Below are positions 38,496 to 49,500 of a stretch of DNA of 64,000 bases, piece by piece. Location: the NCBI GenBank assembly GCA_965233865.1, contig OZ247587.1, positions 704,001 through 768,000 on the forward strand, given 5' to 3'. The DNA comes from Candidatus Neptunichlamydia sp. GTDB taxonomy: Bacteria; Chlamydiota; Chlamydiia; Chlamydiales; Simkaniaceae. How positions within the stretch are numbered: position 1 is the stretch's first letter; each line of letters opens with the position of its first letter. A model generated the notes under the pieces. That model was given only the letters and a program-made list of their open reading frames with translations, made no database searches and was not told the DNA's origin. The position numbers and the translations under genes are program-made.

Positions 38496-39770
38496 ATGAA
38501 TAAAGACCTAATCGCAATTTTTGAGTACCTGGAACGAGAAAAAGGGATCAAACGAGAAACGATTATTGACGCTATCGAAGAATCCCTTCAAGTAGCTGCA
38601 CGCAAAAGCTTAAAAGGTGTAGGCCTCGTTTCGGTAGTTATCGACCCCAAGCAAGGAACAATCGAGGTTACAGCTGAAAAAGAAGTTGTCGACAATATCG
38701 AATATCCTGAAGAGGAAATCCTCCTTGATGAGGCAAGAGAAATTGCTCCAGACTGCGAAATGGGAGACTTTATTCAAGTCCCGATTCCCCCTGTAGACTT
38801 GGGTCGAATTGCAGCGCAAACAGCACGTCAAGTTATTGCCCAGAAGCTCCGAAGTGCCGAACGTGATGTCATCTATGAAGAATATCGTCACCGCCTTTAT
38901 GAAATGGTATCAGGAACAGTAAAGCGTGTGGTAAGAGGAGCAACGCTGATTGTTGATCTTGGAAAAGTTGAGGCAATCCTCCCTGAAAGATTCTATCCAA
39001 AAACTGAAAAATATCATGTCGGTGACCGTGTCCAGGCCCTTCTTTGGGAAGTACGTGACACTGACAATGGTGGTGCCGAAGTCGTTTTAAGCCGTAGCCA
39101 TCCCGAAATGGTTGAACAGCTTTTCAAACAAGAAGTTCCAGAACTTATGGATGAAACGGTCGGAATTAAAAAAATTGTCCGTGAAGCAGGGTACCGCACG
39201 AAGCTTGCTGTTTATTCGAACGACCCAAGAGTGGATCCATTAGGAGCCTGTGTTGGAGTGAGGGGAACCCGAGTAAAAAATGTCATTCGCGAACTCAACA
39301 ATGAAAAAATTGACATCGTTATTTTTACTGAGGATACCGTTCAGCTTCTTTATGCACTGCTCCACCCTATCGAACCAAAGAAGCTTAACTACGACCAAGA
39401 GAATGGAAGAATTTCACTTGTAGTTGAGGATGAAGACTACCCCATCGTCATTGGGAAGCGTGGGATGAATGCCCGCCTCAATGCTGCACTAGTTGGTGCA
39501 GAGCTTGGCGTAAAGAAAATGACCGAGTATCAGGCTGAGCTTTCATTTGAGCGTCAGCAAATTCAACTTGAAGAAAGCCCAGAACTCGATGATGAACTCA
39601 ATGCAGTTGAGGGAATAAATCAATTTGTGATCGATAGCCTTAAAGAAGCTGGCTTCGACACTCCACGCAAAATCCTTAATGTCTCATCAAAAGAACTCTC
39701 TAATGAGACAGGGATTAGCGTTGAAATGGCAGATGATCTTATGGATAAACTGCGTAAAATAAGGACATAA
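38496..39770 (+). CDS. nusA: Transcription termination/antitermination factor NusA
   Basis: GRIAAQTARQVI.QK, REAGYRTK.AV, GACVG.RG.R, IGKRG.N.RL. Confidence 0.98.
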   Translation: MNKDLIAIFEYLEREKGIKRETIIDAIEESLQVAARKSLKGVGLVSVVIDPKQGTIEVTAEKEVVDNIEYPEEEILLDEAREIAPDCEMGDFIQVPIPPVDLGRIAAQTARQVIAQKLRSAERDVIYEEYRHRLYEMVSGTVKRVVRGATLIVDLGKVEAILPERFYPKTEKYHVGDRVQALLWEVRDTDNGGAEVVLSRSHPEMVEQLFKQEVPELMDETVGIKKIVREAGYRTKLAVYSNDPRVDPLGACVGVRGTRVKNVIRELNNEKIDIVIFTEDTVQLLYALLHPIEPKKLNYDQENGRISLVVEDEDYPIVIGKRGMNARLNAALVGAELGVKKMTEYQAELSFERQQIQLEESPELDDELNAVEGINQFVIDSLKEAGFDTPRKILNVSSKELSNETGISVEMADDLMDKLRKIRT

Positions 39771-39773
39771 AAA

Positions 39774-42143
39774 TTGGCAAAAAACTTAAATTTAAAAGTT
39801 AAAAATGCCCAACTTGCTAAAGCGCTTAAGTTAAATCAAGCAAAGAAAGACGAAAAGGAAGCTTCCAGGAAAAAGGAAGAAGACCGGAAAGCTAGGATTG
39901 CTAAAAAAGAAGAAGCTAAGGTCCAAGAAGCTGCTAAGCTCGAAAAGGAAGCTGCTCTGAGCAAAACTGAAAATGCGGAAGAAAAGCTTCCTGCTATTCC
40001 ACCTCCATCAGAGCCAAAGGAAGATAAAGCACAAACCTCTTCTCCCTCGATGTATCCCAAAATTAAGAGCCCCAAGCCCTCTTCTCAAGCCGCATCAAAA
40101 TCCCAGGAAACCAAAGCTAAGGGTGAGACGAAGGCAAAGGCAGTCGAGAAAAAGCCTGTTAGTGATGTTAAAAAGCGAGTTGAATCCCCCCCGAAAGAGA
40201 AAGGATTTAAAGCCAACTTTGGAAGAAATCCTCGAGAAGTCCGAAAAAAATCAGACTCACGCTTTGATGCACGCGACCGCCAAGGACTTAGAGTAGGAGA
40301 AGAACGAGCTTACCGCCGTCGCCCTCGCCGCTACCGCCCGAAAAGAGGTGAAGCAGAAATAGTAAGACCAAAAGAGCTATCTGTGCGCCTGCCAATCTCT
40401 GTAAAAGATCTTGCTCAAGGGATGAAGCTGAAAGCTTCAGAGCTTATTTCAAAGCTCTTCATGCAGGGTGTTGCGATCACTATTAATGACTATCTTGAAG
40501 ATGAGACTACAATCCAACTCTTAGGCCAGGAATTTGGATGCGAGATTAAAATCGACACCAGTGAAGAAGAACGTCTGCGCATCACTGGGAGCTCGATTCA
40601 AGAAGAAATAAGCGAAACAAAACCTGAAGAACTCGAGAGCCGTGCCCCAGTCATAGCCTTTATGGGTCACGTAGACCATGGAAAGACTAGCCTAATCGAT
40701 ACTATTCGAAAGAGTAATATCGCTGGGGGCGAAGCAGGCGCAATCACTCAACACATTGGGGCTTTCAAATGCCGCCAGGAACATGGAGAAATTACGATCC
40801 TAGATACCCCGGGTCACGAAGCTTTTACCTTAATGCGCCAGCGCGGGACAGCTATTACCGATGTAATTGTTTTAGTTGTTGCCGGAGATGAAGGAATCAT
40901 GCCACAAACAGATGAGGCGATTCGCTTAGCGAAAGAGTCTAAAGTTCCTCTGGTTGTTGCAATAAATAAATGCGACAAACCTAGCTTTGATGCCGATACT
41001 ATCTACAGACAACTTGCAGATCGTGAACTCCTCCCGGAAGCATGGGGTGGAGAGGTCCTTACAATCAATTGTTCTGCCGAATCTGGAGAGGGAGTCCCTG
41101 CGCTCCTTGAAATGCTAGCCCTTCAATCTGAGATACTCGAGCTGAAAGCAAACTCAGAAACACGTGCTAGGGGAACCGTTATTGAATCCCAAATGCACAA
41201 AGGATTTGGAGCGGTTGCGACTGTACTTATTCAGAATGGGACGCTAATTTTAGGAGATGCCCTCGTCTTCGAAGACCTTTATGCACGAGTGAAAACTATG
41301 CATGATGAACACGGAAAAGCGGTGCAAATTGCTGGACCATCAACTCCTGTGAAAATTACAGGTCTTTCAGGAGTCCCCGATGCTGGGTGTGAATTTATTG
41401 TTATTGCAGATGAAAAAGAAGCACGAAAACTCTCTGAAGAGCGCGCTTCTGGTGCAAAACGCGAAAATCTCAAGCGAGGACGTGGTGAACTTGAAAGCTT
41501 CATGATGCGCCACCAGGAACTTGAAGAGAAAAAAATTGTCCCATTAATTCTTCGCGCCGATGTTCAAGGCTCAGTAGAAGCCATTAAAAACTCCCTTCTT
41601 GCGATTAAGACAGACAAGGTGGAGCTTAACTTTATTAGTGAAGGTGTGGGAGAGATTTCTGAGTCAGATGTAGAGCTTGCTGCAGCTTCCAGTGCAACCA
41701 TTATTGGTTTTCATACACAGGTAGAGAACCATGCAGAAGACCTTATCAAGCGAAATCAAGTCTTAATCAAACGCCGAGACATTATTTATCAAATCATTGA
41801 CGATGTCAAAGAGCTAATGCTCGCTTCCCTTGACAAAGTACGCCATGAAACTGAAAAAGGGACTGCTGAAGTAAAACAAGTCTTCAAATCATCGCACTTA
41901 GGCTCCATTGCGGGTTGTATGATGACCGATGGAACAATTAAAAGAGATTACCACGCGAAACTACTACGCGATGGAGAAATCATCTTTGAAGGAGGTATAT
42001 CCTCTCTAAAACGTGTCAAAGAAGATGTTAAAGAGGTCAAGAAGGGGATAGAATGTGGAATTCTGCTCCAAAAATTTGATGACTATCAAGAAGGGGATCA
42101 AATTAAAGGATATAAGGTTACCTTTATTCAACAAGAGTTATGA
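39774..42143 (+). CDS. infB: Translation initiation factor IF-2
   Basis: MGHVDHGKT, GITQHIG-like AITQHIGA, DTPGHEAF, NKCD; TTG start. Confidence 0.98.
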   Translation: MAKNLNLKVKNAQLAKALKLNQAKKDEKEASRKKEEDRKARIAKKEEAKVQEAAKLEKEAALSKTENAEEKLPAIPPPSEPKEDKAQTSSPSMYPKIKSPKPSSQAASKSQETKAKGETKAKAVEKKPVSDVKKRVESPPKEKGFKANFGRNPREVRKKSDSRFDARDRQGLRVGEERAYRRRPRRYRPKRGEAEIVRPKELSVRLPISVKDLAQGMKLKASELISKLFMQGVAITINDYLEDETTIQLLGQEFGCEIKIDTSEEERLRITGSSIQEEISETKPEELESRAPVIAFMGHVDHGKTSLIDTIRKSNIAGGEAGAITQHIGAFKCRQEHGEITILDTPGHEAFTLMRQRGTAITDVIVLVVAGDEGIMPQTDEAIRLAKESKVPLVVAINKCDKPSFDADTIYRQLADRELLPEAWGGEVLTINCSAESGEGVPALLEMLALQSEILELKANSETRARGTVIESQMHKGFGAVATVLIQNGTLILGDALVFEDLYARVKTMHDEHGKAVQIAGPSTPVKITGLSGVPDAGCEFIVIADEKEARKLSEERASGAKRENLKRGRGELESFMMRHQELEEKKIVPLILRADVQGSVEAIKNSLLAIKTDKVELNFISEGVGEISESDVELAAASSATIIGFHTQVENHAEDLIKRNQVLIKRRDIIYQIIDDVKELMLASLDKVRHETEKGTAEVKQVFKSSHLGSIAGCMMTDGTIKRDYHAKLLRDGEIIFEGGISSLKRVKEDVKEVKKGIECGILLQKFDDYQEGDQIKGYKVTFIQQEL

Positions 42144-42508
42144 CAAAAAGAACAGAACGGCTCAATTCACTCCTAAAAGAAGTGATCAGCGAAGTTATTC
42201 GTAAACAAGTTCGCAACCCCAAAGTTGCTCAATTTACAACAGTGACTGGAGTCGACATCTCAAAAGACCTTCACCATGCTAAGGTCTATGTAAGCGTGAT
42301 CGGAACCGATCAAGAACGGAGTACAACTGTTGAAGCTTTAGAAACTGCTGCTGGCTTTATCGGAGTGCACTCATCAAAAAAAGTTGTGATGCGCCATTTC
42401 CCTTCCCTAACATTCCGTCTCGACACTTCTGTCGATAACCAATTGAAAATCGATTCCCTCATTAAAAAAATTCACACTGAAGAAAAAACCCGGAAATCAA
42501 ATGAGTGA
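42140..42508 (+). CDS. rbfA: Ribosome-binding factor A
   Basis: SKDLHHAKVYVS and R..PSLTF..D.S; position after infB. Confidence 0.96.
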   Translation: MTKRTERLNSLLKEVISEVIRKQVRNPKVAQFTTVTGVDISKDLHHAKVYVSVIGTDQERSTTVEALETAAGFIGVHSSKKVVMRHFPSLTFRLDTSVDNQLKIDSLIKKIHTEEKTRKSNE

Positions 42509-43190
42509 CCCAAAAGGTGAGGGGGTCTTTCTGGTTGATAAAGAGAAGGGACGAACTGCTTTTTATCTCGTTAAAATCCTTAGAAAAATATCAGGCATCA
42601 AAAAAATTGGCCATGCAGGAACCCTCGATCCCTTCGCAACAGGAGTCATGGTAATGTTAGTCGGACGCCCTTACACAAGAATCTCAGATAGCTTCCTAAA
42701 TGATGGTAAAGAGTATATTGCAACCATCAAGTTTGGAGAAGCCACCGACACCTTTGATTGCGATGGAACTCTCAAGCAAACAAGTGACAAGATTCCAACA
42801 ATTGCTGAAATAGAATCAGTTGTTTCTGATTTTCAAGGGACTATCATGCAGACTCCTCCGATGTTTTCCGCAAAAAAAGTGGGAGGACAAAAACTTTACC
42901 TCCTGGCTCGAAAAGGAATCGAAATCGAACGTAGGCCGATTCAAATTGAAGTAAAAACTACTATTCTTGATTATTCTTATCCTGAATTAAAGATTCAGGT
43001 TTCTTGCTCAAAAGGAACCTATATCCGCTCTATAGCGAGTGAAATCGGGGAAAAGCTTGGCTGCTTTGGTCATTTGATTGCTCTGCAACGCATTCGGAGC
43101 GGCAGTTTTCATCTGAAAGATTGCATTGACGCAAAATTCCTAACAGAGCCATCATTTTCATACATCCCCTACTTGAAGAAGACGATATGA
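42501..43190 (+). CDS. truB: tRNA pseudouridine-55 synthase
   Basis: KIGHAGTLDPFATG, PPMFSAKK, CSKGTYIRS. Confidence 0.97.
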   Translation: MSDPKGEGVFLVDKEKGRTAFYLVKILRKISGIKKIGHAGTLDPFATGVMVMLVGRPYTRISDSFLNDGKEYIATIKFGEATDTFDCDGTLKQTSDKIPTIAEIESVVSDFQGTIMQTPPMFSAKKVGGQKLYLLARKGIEIERRPIQIEVKTTILDYSYPELKIQVSCSKGTYIRSIASEIGEKLGCFGHLIALQRIRSGSFHLKDCIDAKFLTEPSFSYIPYLKKTI

Positions 43191-44083
43191 AGATAATTAG
43201 AAGTATAGAAGAAATCCCTAAGTTAGAAGAGCCTATTGCCCTTTCGATTGGAATCTTTGACGGGGTCCACCTTGGACATCAATTGATTCTCAGAAGGTTA
43301 AATAAACTCACTCGGAAGGGAGGCTCACGCGTCCTACTCACTTTTTCAAATCATCCTTCTACTCTTTTCACCCCTAACTCCCCTGTTCCTCAGATCATCT
43401 CCCTAAAGCAACGTCTTGACCTTCTTAAAGAACACAATCTTGACCTTGTGATTGTCCTTCCCTTTACACAAGAATTTGCAAATCAATCCCATGAATCGTT
43501 CTTTGCTTCTATTCGCACTTACCTTCCTTTTGACCATCTCATCGTCGGGGAAGATGCCCGCTTCGGAAAAGATCAAGCAGGATCTCCTGAAAAAATTCAT
43601 AAGCTCGGGTGGAATACAGAGTATCTTTCTAAAGAGACATATCATAAAGAAGCCATCTCAAGCGGCGTAATTCGAAAAGCTCTACAAGAGCGTAACCTCA
43701 AGAAAGTAAAGAAAATGCTTGGGCGCTCCTATTCGATCTCCCTCCCTTTTGACAAGGCAAATATTATTCGAGAAAATGAAGTGCAATACAAGTGGGTCAC
43801 GGGAGCTGAAAAATTCTGTCTTCTTCCCTCAGCAGTATATGCTGTCGACCTTCTTTCTAAAGAGAAATCGATCCCTGCGATTGCTTTTTACCGTGGAACA
43901 CAAAGTATCACTGGAGGAACGAATCTGTTTCTTAGTGTTTATTTTGAAAAAGAAATTTCTGAATCAGATCACATCGAACTCGTCTTTGTTTCCTACCTGC
44001 ATGATGAACTAGATCCTGATCTAGGAGCCCCTTCAAGAGCAAACCTACTAGAATCCTTAAAACCTGAGTTTTTCCCCTTATGA
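43187..44083 (+). CDS. ribF: FAD synthetase (FMN adenylyltransferase) with degenerate riboflavin-kinase half
   Basis: [14 protein letters not shown] and ISS..IR are present; G.PTAN and the catalytic E.H motif are absent from the C-terminal half. Confidence 0.85.
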   Translation: MKIIRSIEEIPKLEEPIALSIGIFDGVHLGHQLILRRLNKLTRKGGSRVLLTFSNHPSTLFTPNSPVPQIISLKQRLDLLKEHNLDLVIVLPFTQEFANQSHESFFASIRTYLPFDHLIVGEDARFGKDQAGSPEKIHKLGWNTEYLSKETYHKEAISSGVIRKALQERNLKKVKKMLGRSYSISLPFDKANIIRENEVQYKWVTGAEKFCLLPSAVYAVDLLSKEKSIPAIAFYRGTQSITGGTNLFLSVYFEKEISESDHIELVFVSYLHDELDPDLGAPSRANLLESLKPEFFPL

Positions 44084-45177
44084 GTAATCTAGCTTGCGGC
44101 ATTGTTGGCCTTCCTAACGTTGGTAAATCAACCCTATTTAACGCTCTCCTTAAAAAGATACAGGCGGGAGCTGCTAACTTCCCCTTTTGCACCATCGATC
44201 CAAATGTCGGAATTGTGGATGTTCCCGACACCCGCCTAGCAATTCTTTCTGCTATTTCCCGCAGTAAAAAGCTTCTCCCAGCAACCATGACTTTCGTTGA
44301 TATTGCTGGGCTTGTAAAAGGTGCTTCCAAAGGAGAAGGCCTTGGCAACCAGTTCCTTGCCAACATCCGAGAAACCGATGCGATTGTCCACGTTGTCCGT
44401 TGCTTTGAAGATGATGAAGTCATTCATGTTGAAGGAAAAGTCGACCCGATTAGTGATATCGAAGTGATTAACCTAGAGCTTATTCTTGCTGACCTTCAGA
44501 TGACAGAAAATAGCCTGCAAAAAATCGAAAGACAGGCCAAAGGGAAAAAAGAACTCGTTCCTACCCTTGTCGCCCTAAAAAAAGTGAGCGACCACTTGAA
44601 TGCCAGTCATCCTGTTCGTTCTCTAGAACTGACAAAAGAAGAGCAAGAGTTCCTTGCCCCTTATCAATTCATTACCGACAAGAAGGTCATCTATGCGGCC
44701 AACCTTTCCGAAGAAGAAATCTCTTCTCTTGATTCCTCCCACTATAAAACGGTTCTGGAGTATGCAGCCAAAGAAAATAGTCATGTTATCCCCTTCTGCG
44801 CAAAGCTTGAAGAGGAACTCTCTCAACTCGATGAAAAAGAAGCAAAAGAATATCTCGAAACCCTTGGTTTCAATGAACCTGGCCTTAACCGTCTCATTAA
44901 AGTGAGCTTTGATATTCTAGGCCTTATTACCTTTCTCACCACTGGTGAGAAAGAAACTCGCGCCTGGACAGTCACAACTGGATCCACTGCACAAGAGGCA
45001 GCTGGAAAAATCCACACCGACATCCAAAAAGGCTTCATCCGTGCAGAAGTCGTTTCTTTTGAAGACATGGTTGAATACTCAGGACGCGTTGGAGCCAAAG
45101 ATGCGGGTAAAGCGATCTCTGAAGGTCGAGACTATATTGTCAAAGATGGTGACGTTGTTCTCTTCTTCCACAACTGA
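44080..45177 (+). CDS. ychF: Redox-regulated ATPase YchF
   Basis: [50 protein letters not shown]. Confidence 0.98.
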   Translation: MSNLACGIVGLPNVGKSTLFNALLKKIQAGAANFPFCTIDPNVGIVDVPDTRLAILSAISRSKKLLPATMTFVDIAGLVKGASKGEGLGNQFLANIRETDAIVHVVRCFEDDEVIHVEGKVDPISDIEVINLELILADLQMTENSLQKIERQAKGKKELVPTLVALKKVSDHLNASHPVRSLELTKEEQEFLAPYQFITDKKVIYAANLSEEEISSLDSSHYKTVLEYAAKENSHVIPFCAKLEEELSQLDEKEAKEYLETLGFNEPGLNRLIKVSFDILGLITFLTTGEKETRAWTVTTGSTAQEAAGKIHTDIQKGFIRAEVVSFEDMVEYSGRVGAKDAGKAISEGRDYIVKDGDVVLFFHN

Positions 45178-45260
45178 TCAATTCACCGATTTATTTTTCC
45201 GAAGTGGTATAATTAATTCTGATTGTCTATGATAGAATTAGTTAAAACACCCCCCACTGT

Positions 45261-46340
45261 ATGGCTGAAAAAACTGAGAAAGCGACCCCAAAAAAACTCC
45301 GTGATGCAAGGAAAAAGGGGCAAGTAGCTAAATCTAAAGATTTCCCTTCTGCATTTACTTTCGCAACGTCCTTTGCTTTAATCGTTGCTACATCAGGCTA
45401 TTTTTTCTCAAATCTTGCTGGGTTCATGATAGCTTCTTTTTCAGCAGTGAAGAATGGAGAACGTATTGAAGCCGAAATTCCTATATTCTTTAACGCTGCC
45501 ATTCAGGTGATTTTTAACACATCGATGCCATTTATGATTTTGATTTCACTGGTTGGAGTCTTGGTGAATTTCTTGATTGTTGGTCCCCTCTTTTCATTGC
45601 AATCTATGAAGCCCGATATCAAAAAACTCAACCCTGTAACAAATTTGAAGGGAATTTTCAAAATAAAAACCTTCATTGAGCTTTTGAAATCTATAATGAA
45701 GATTTTTGGAGCGGGCCTTTTGATTTATTCTGTGGTTTATAACAGCCTCCCCCAGATTATTGCCACTGCGGCAATGCCAATTATGGGAAGTGCCATTGTT
45801 TTTAGCGAATTTTTGGTCAAAGTCGCTTTTCGTGTTGGACTTTTCTTTTTAGCAATTGCGATTTTTGACTTAGTATTCCAAAAGAAAAATTTCGCTAAAG
45901 AAATGAAAATGGAAAAATTTGAGGTTAAACAAGAACACAAAGATACGGAAGGAAATCCTGAAATTAAGGGTAAGAGACGGCAAACACAACAAGAAATTGC
46001 CTATCAAGACCCTCCAAGTAAGGCCCGTAATGCGCGAGCCATTGTAACAAACCCTATTCATATTGCTGTAGCACTCGCTTATGATGCTGAAGAAGACCCA
46101 GCCCCAAAGATTCTTGTGATGGGAAAAGGGGTAGCGGCAGAAAGCATCGTGAAAGTGGCTCTTGAAAACAACGTCCCAATTATGCGAAATGTTCCTCTAG
46201 CTCAAATGCTATACAACAAAGGAAAAGCGGGTCGATTCATCCCGGAAGATACCTATGAAGCAATTGCAGAAGTCTTGAAGTGGCTTGATACCATTGAAGC
46301 CTCTGCCGAACCAGAATACAACGTTGACCTCTTTAAATAA
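45261..46340 (+). CDS. cdsU: T3SS export apparatus switch protein SctU/CdsU
   Basis: EKTEKATPKKLRDARKKGQV, EVKQE.K..EGNP.IK..RR, autocleavage site NPIH, IP...YEA.AE. Confidence 0.95.
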   Translation: MAEKTEKATPKKLRDARKKGQVAKSKDFPSAFTFATSFALIVATSGYFFSNLAGFMIASFSAVKNGERIEAEIPIFFNAAIQVIFNTSMPFMILISLVGVLVNFLIVGPLFSLQSMKPDIKKLNPVTNLKGIFKIKTFIELLKSIMKIFGAGLLIYSVVYNSLPQIIATAAMPIMGSAIVFSEFLVKVAFRVGLFFLAIAIFDLVFQKKNFAKEMKMEKFEVKQEHKDTEGNPEIKGKRRQTQQEIAYQDPPSKARNARAIVTNPIHIAVALAYDAEEDPAPKILVMGKGVAAESIVKVALENNVPIMRNVPLAQMLYNKGKAGRFIPEDTYEAIAEVLKWLDTIEASAEPEYNVDLFK

Positions 46341-46451
46341 ACTTTCTACTCTTGAAAGTTCTGGTAGCTTTACGGAGGACAAATGGAAAGTGTTTAGCTA
46401 AAGCACTTCACTTTATCTATAGATAATCCTTCCAGATTTTCCGATAGCCCA

Positions 46452-46480
46452 TTGACATTCTTTAAATATTATTATACAGG
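46452..46480 (+). promoter_or_regulatory. Putative promoter of the first autotransporter
   Basis: Perfect TTGACA at 46452-46457, 60 nt upstream of the ATG; the -10 element is weak or ambiguous. Confidence 0.35.
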
Positions 46481-46511
46481 TTGAAATATCTAAAAAATGT
46501 AAGGGTTCGTC

Positions 46512-49500
46512 ATGTCTCGTTGTCGTTTTATTGCTTCACTATCTACATTTCTTTGCGTTGCACCTTTCCTAGAAGGCGTCGTCGTAAACAATGCCACAGA
46601 CCTTAACAATGCGATTATTGCAGCAAACGCAGCAGGCGATTCCAGCATCCAATTCGGAACATCTATCAATCTCACGACTCTTCCTGTGAACGTGCTTCAA
46701 CCTCTCAATGCAAATAACGTCCTCAACTCAGCCAACAACACCTTCACGATTGATGGCCGAGGACACTCCCTATTAGGGGGCGGAAGCCACCGTGGCTTTT
46801 TTGCCCGCCAAAGCACAGGCACCGTTACGATCCAAAACCTTACGATTGATGGAGCCCATACCCAAGGAGGTAATGGAGGTAACCCCTCTGCTGGAGGTGG
46901 CCTAGGCGCCGGTGGGGGGCTATTCTTAAATACCGGATCAAAAGTCACTCTTGACAATGTCTCTTTCCAAAACTCCCAAGCCACTGGAGGTAACGGTGCA
47001 AGTAGTGCGGATGTTCTGATTAACTCTGGCGGTGGTGGCCTTACTATTATTATTATTAGTCCAAGACTTCCAGGTGGTGGTGGTGGCGGCGGTGGTTTCA
47101 GCGGTAATGGGGGAAATACAGACGAAGGCAAATATGGAGGGGCCGGTGGAGGCAGCTTCAGCGGTAATGGAGGAAATACAGACGGATATGGAGGGGCCGG
47201 TGGGGGAGGCTTCAACGGTAATGGAGGAAACGTTCTATCTAATAATGGCCCAGGCGCTAGTGGTTCAGGCAGCGGCGGCGGCGGCGGCGGCTTCAACGGT
47301 GGTGGTTCTAGCTCACTAGGAGGTGGTGGCGGTGCTGGGGACGGTGGTTTCGGGGGAAATTCTGGTGCTAGCGGCGGCCCTGGTGGTGTTGGCAGTGGGA
47401 GTGGTACAGGAGGCTTAGCAGGAGCGGGCGTAGGAAGCGGTGGTGGTAGTGGCGCAGTAGGGAACACTAGTGGGATCTCTGGAGAAGCAGGCCTAGGTGG
47501 TGCTGGTGGCTCTTTGCCTGGTGGGGGCGGTGGGGGCGGATATGCTTACACCCCTGATAGTGGGGGCAGTGGGGGCAGTGGCGGTATAGGTTTTGGTGGT
47601 GGCGGCGGCGGCGGCGGTGAAGGAAACTCTGGGGTTGGGGGAAATGCTGACTTTGGTGGTGGTGGTGGTGGTGGTGGTGGCAGCGGCCAACTGCCGCAAG
47701 GTGTTCTTGCTACCGGTGGCTCCGGCGGTTTTGGAGGTGGTGGTGGCGGCGGCGGCGGCAGCGACCAACTGCCGCAAGGTATTCCTGCTACTGGTGGCTC
47801 TGGCGGTTTTGGTGGCGGTGGCGGTGGCGGTGGCGGCAGTGGCCAATTACAACAAGGTATTTATGCTTCCGGTGGCTTGGGCGGTTTTGGTGGTGGTGGC
47901 GGTAACAGCGCAAACGGCGGTTTTGGCGGCGGCCATGGCAGTAGCATAAGCCTCTTTTCTGGAGGAGGAGGAGGCGGCGGTGCTATGGGAGCAGATGTCT
48001 TCATTCAAAGGGGCGCAGCGTTGACGATTAGAAGCGGGATCTCCTTTACTGGAAGCAGCGTAAATCCTGGAACATCATTCTTCGGAGGTCTTCCTGGTCA
48101 AGCACTTGGCACAAACATTTTCATGATGTCAGACAGTTCCATCATTGTTGAAAATCTCTCGATGAATTCGACTGTTCCAAATGCGATCGAAAGTGACCTT
48201 GGAGCAGGTGGTGGAGCCCTACATACTGGAGGGCTGACTCTCAACGCAGGTAACACGGCTGTCTTCACTCTAGTTGGAGCGAACACCTACACAGGAGCAA
48301 CAACCATAAATAGTGGAACTCTACATGTTGACGGGTCTATTATTACGCCTGTGACGCTCAATAATGGGGTCTTTGGAGGGAATAACACCTCTCTTCTTAC
48401 ATCAGCAGTTCCAAACTCTGGTAACTTAACCGTTAACGGTGGAATGGTGTCTCCTGGAGGGGATAATGCTTATGGGAGCCTTACTTTAGGTGGTAATCTT
48501 CTCTTTAATGGAGGGGGAATATTCGACGCTGAGGTGGATAGTGTGGGAAACACCGATTCGATTAGTGTAGCTGGAACAGCAACGCTTGACGGAACCCTCG
48601 ATATCCAAGCAGCAGTCGGAAACTTCATTACAGGACAGGTCATTAAGATTTTTGATGCAATAGGTGGAGTGAGTGGAACCTTTTCGAATGTGATCCTCCC
48701 TATACATCCACATGGGGGTGACCTTTTTGAAGTGCAGTATAGTGCAAATTCGGTCGATCTCGTCGTTCTACAAGATTTAATTTTTGACGCTCCATACACA
48801 GGTCAGACGATTAACTCAGGTAACCCTCAAGCTGTCGTTGACTATTTGATTACTCAACTTCCAGTTGATCCCACATCAGACGTGGGATTTGTGATCAAAT
48901 CTTTGGGCCTGGTTTCCAACGATGAGCTCAATAAAGCCCTCAACCTTATGCATCCAGGTTCTTTTGGCCTTTTTGAATCAATGAATCTGACAACAAATGC
49001 TAAGATCATGCAGATCTTCAGTCAGCATCTTGAGAGAAATCCTGAGTCGGCTCCGTCAGAAACCATTAGTCAGCTTGAACCCTCGTTCACAGCAGCAACC
49101 GGTGATCGTCCTTTTTGTCCAAGCGCCCCTGCAGGTATAGATTGCGGAAGGAATGAAAGTAAGCATCATAATGTATGGCTACAACCTTTCAGCACGTGGA
49201 ATACCCAAAGTCGTAAAGGGGAACTCCGTGGTGCAAACTATGAAAGCGTCGGGATCATGACGGGATATGATTACCTCTTCAAGAACTTCTGCGTGGGAGC
49301 AGGTCTAGGGTATGCCTACACCAACTTCCGCTGGCAAGGCTCAGCTGGGAAAGGACACATTAACCAAATCTACGGTGGTCTTTATGGAAGCTATTTTATG
49401 AAGTATTTTACAGCGACTCTTTCGACTATGGTAGGAGGTAACTACTATAATACCAATCGCAATATCCGGTATAATGCCTCAAACCATCCAACCGCTCGAT

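Noticed and set aside
36899..45098. Multiple 60-160 aa antisense ORFs within rpsA, nusA, infB, ribF and ychF
   Set aside because: Overlap highly conserved genes and show no recognisable motifs.
46374..46397. Strong RBS + ATG (GGAGGACAAATG) after cdsU
   Set aside because: Encodes only MESV*. It may be a relic start but cannot be supported as a gene.
46697..47846. Pro-rich and Ala/Thr-rich ORFs on the minus strand and in alternative frames (e.g. 46697-47467)
   Set aside because: Shadows of the poly-Gly codon runs of the autotransporter.
47652..47885. Regular repeats as a possible CRISPR array
   Set aside because: In-frame coding tandem repeats with no unique spacers and no cas genes.
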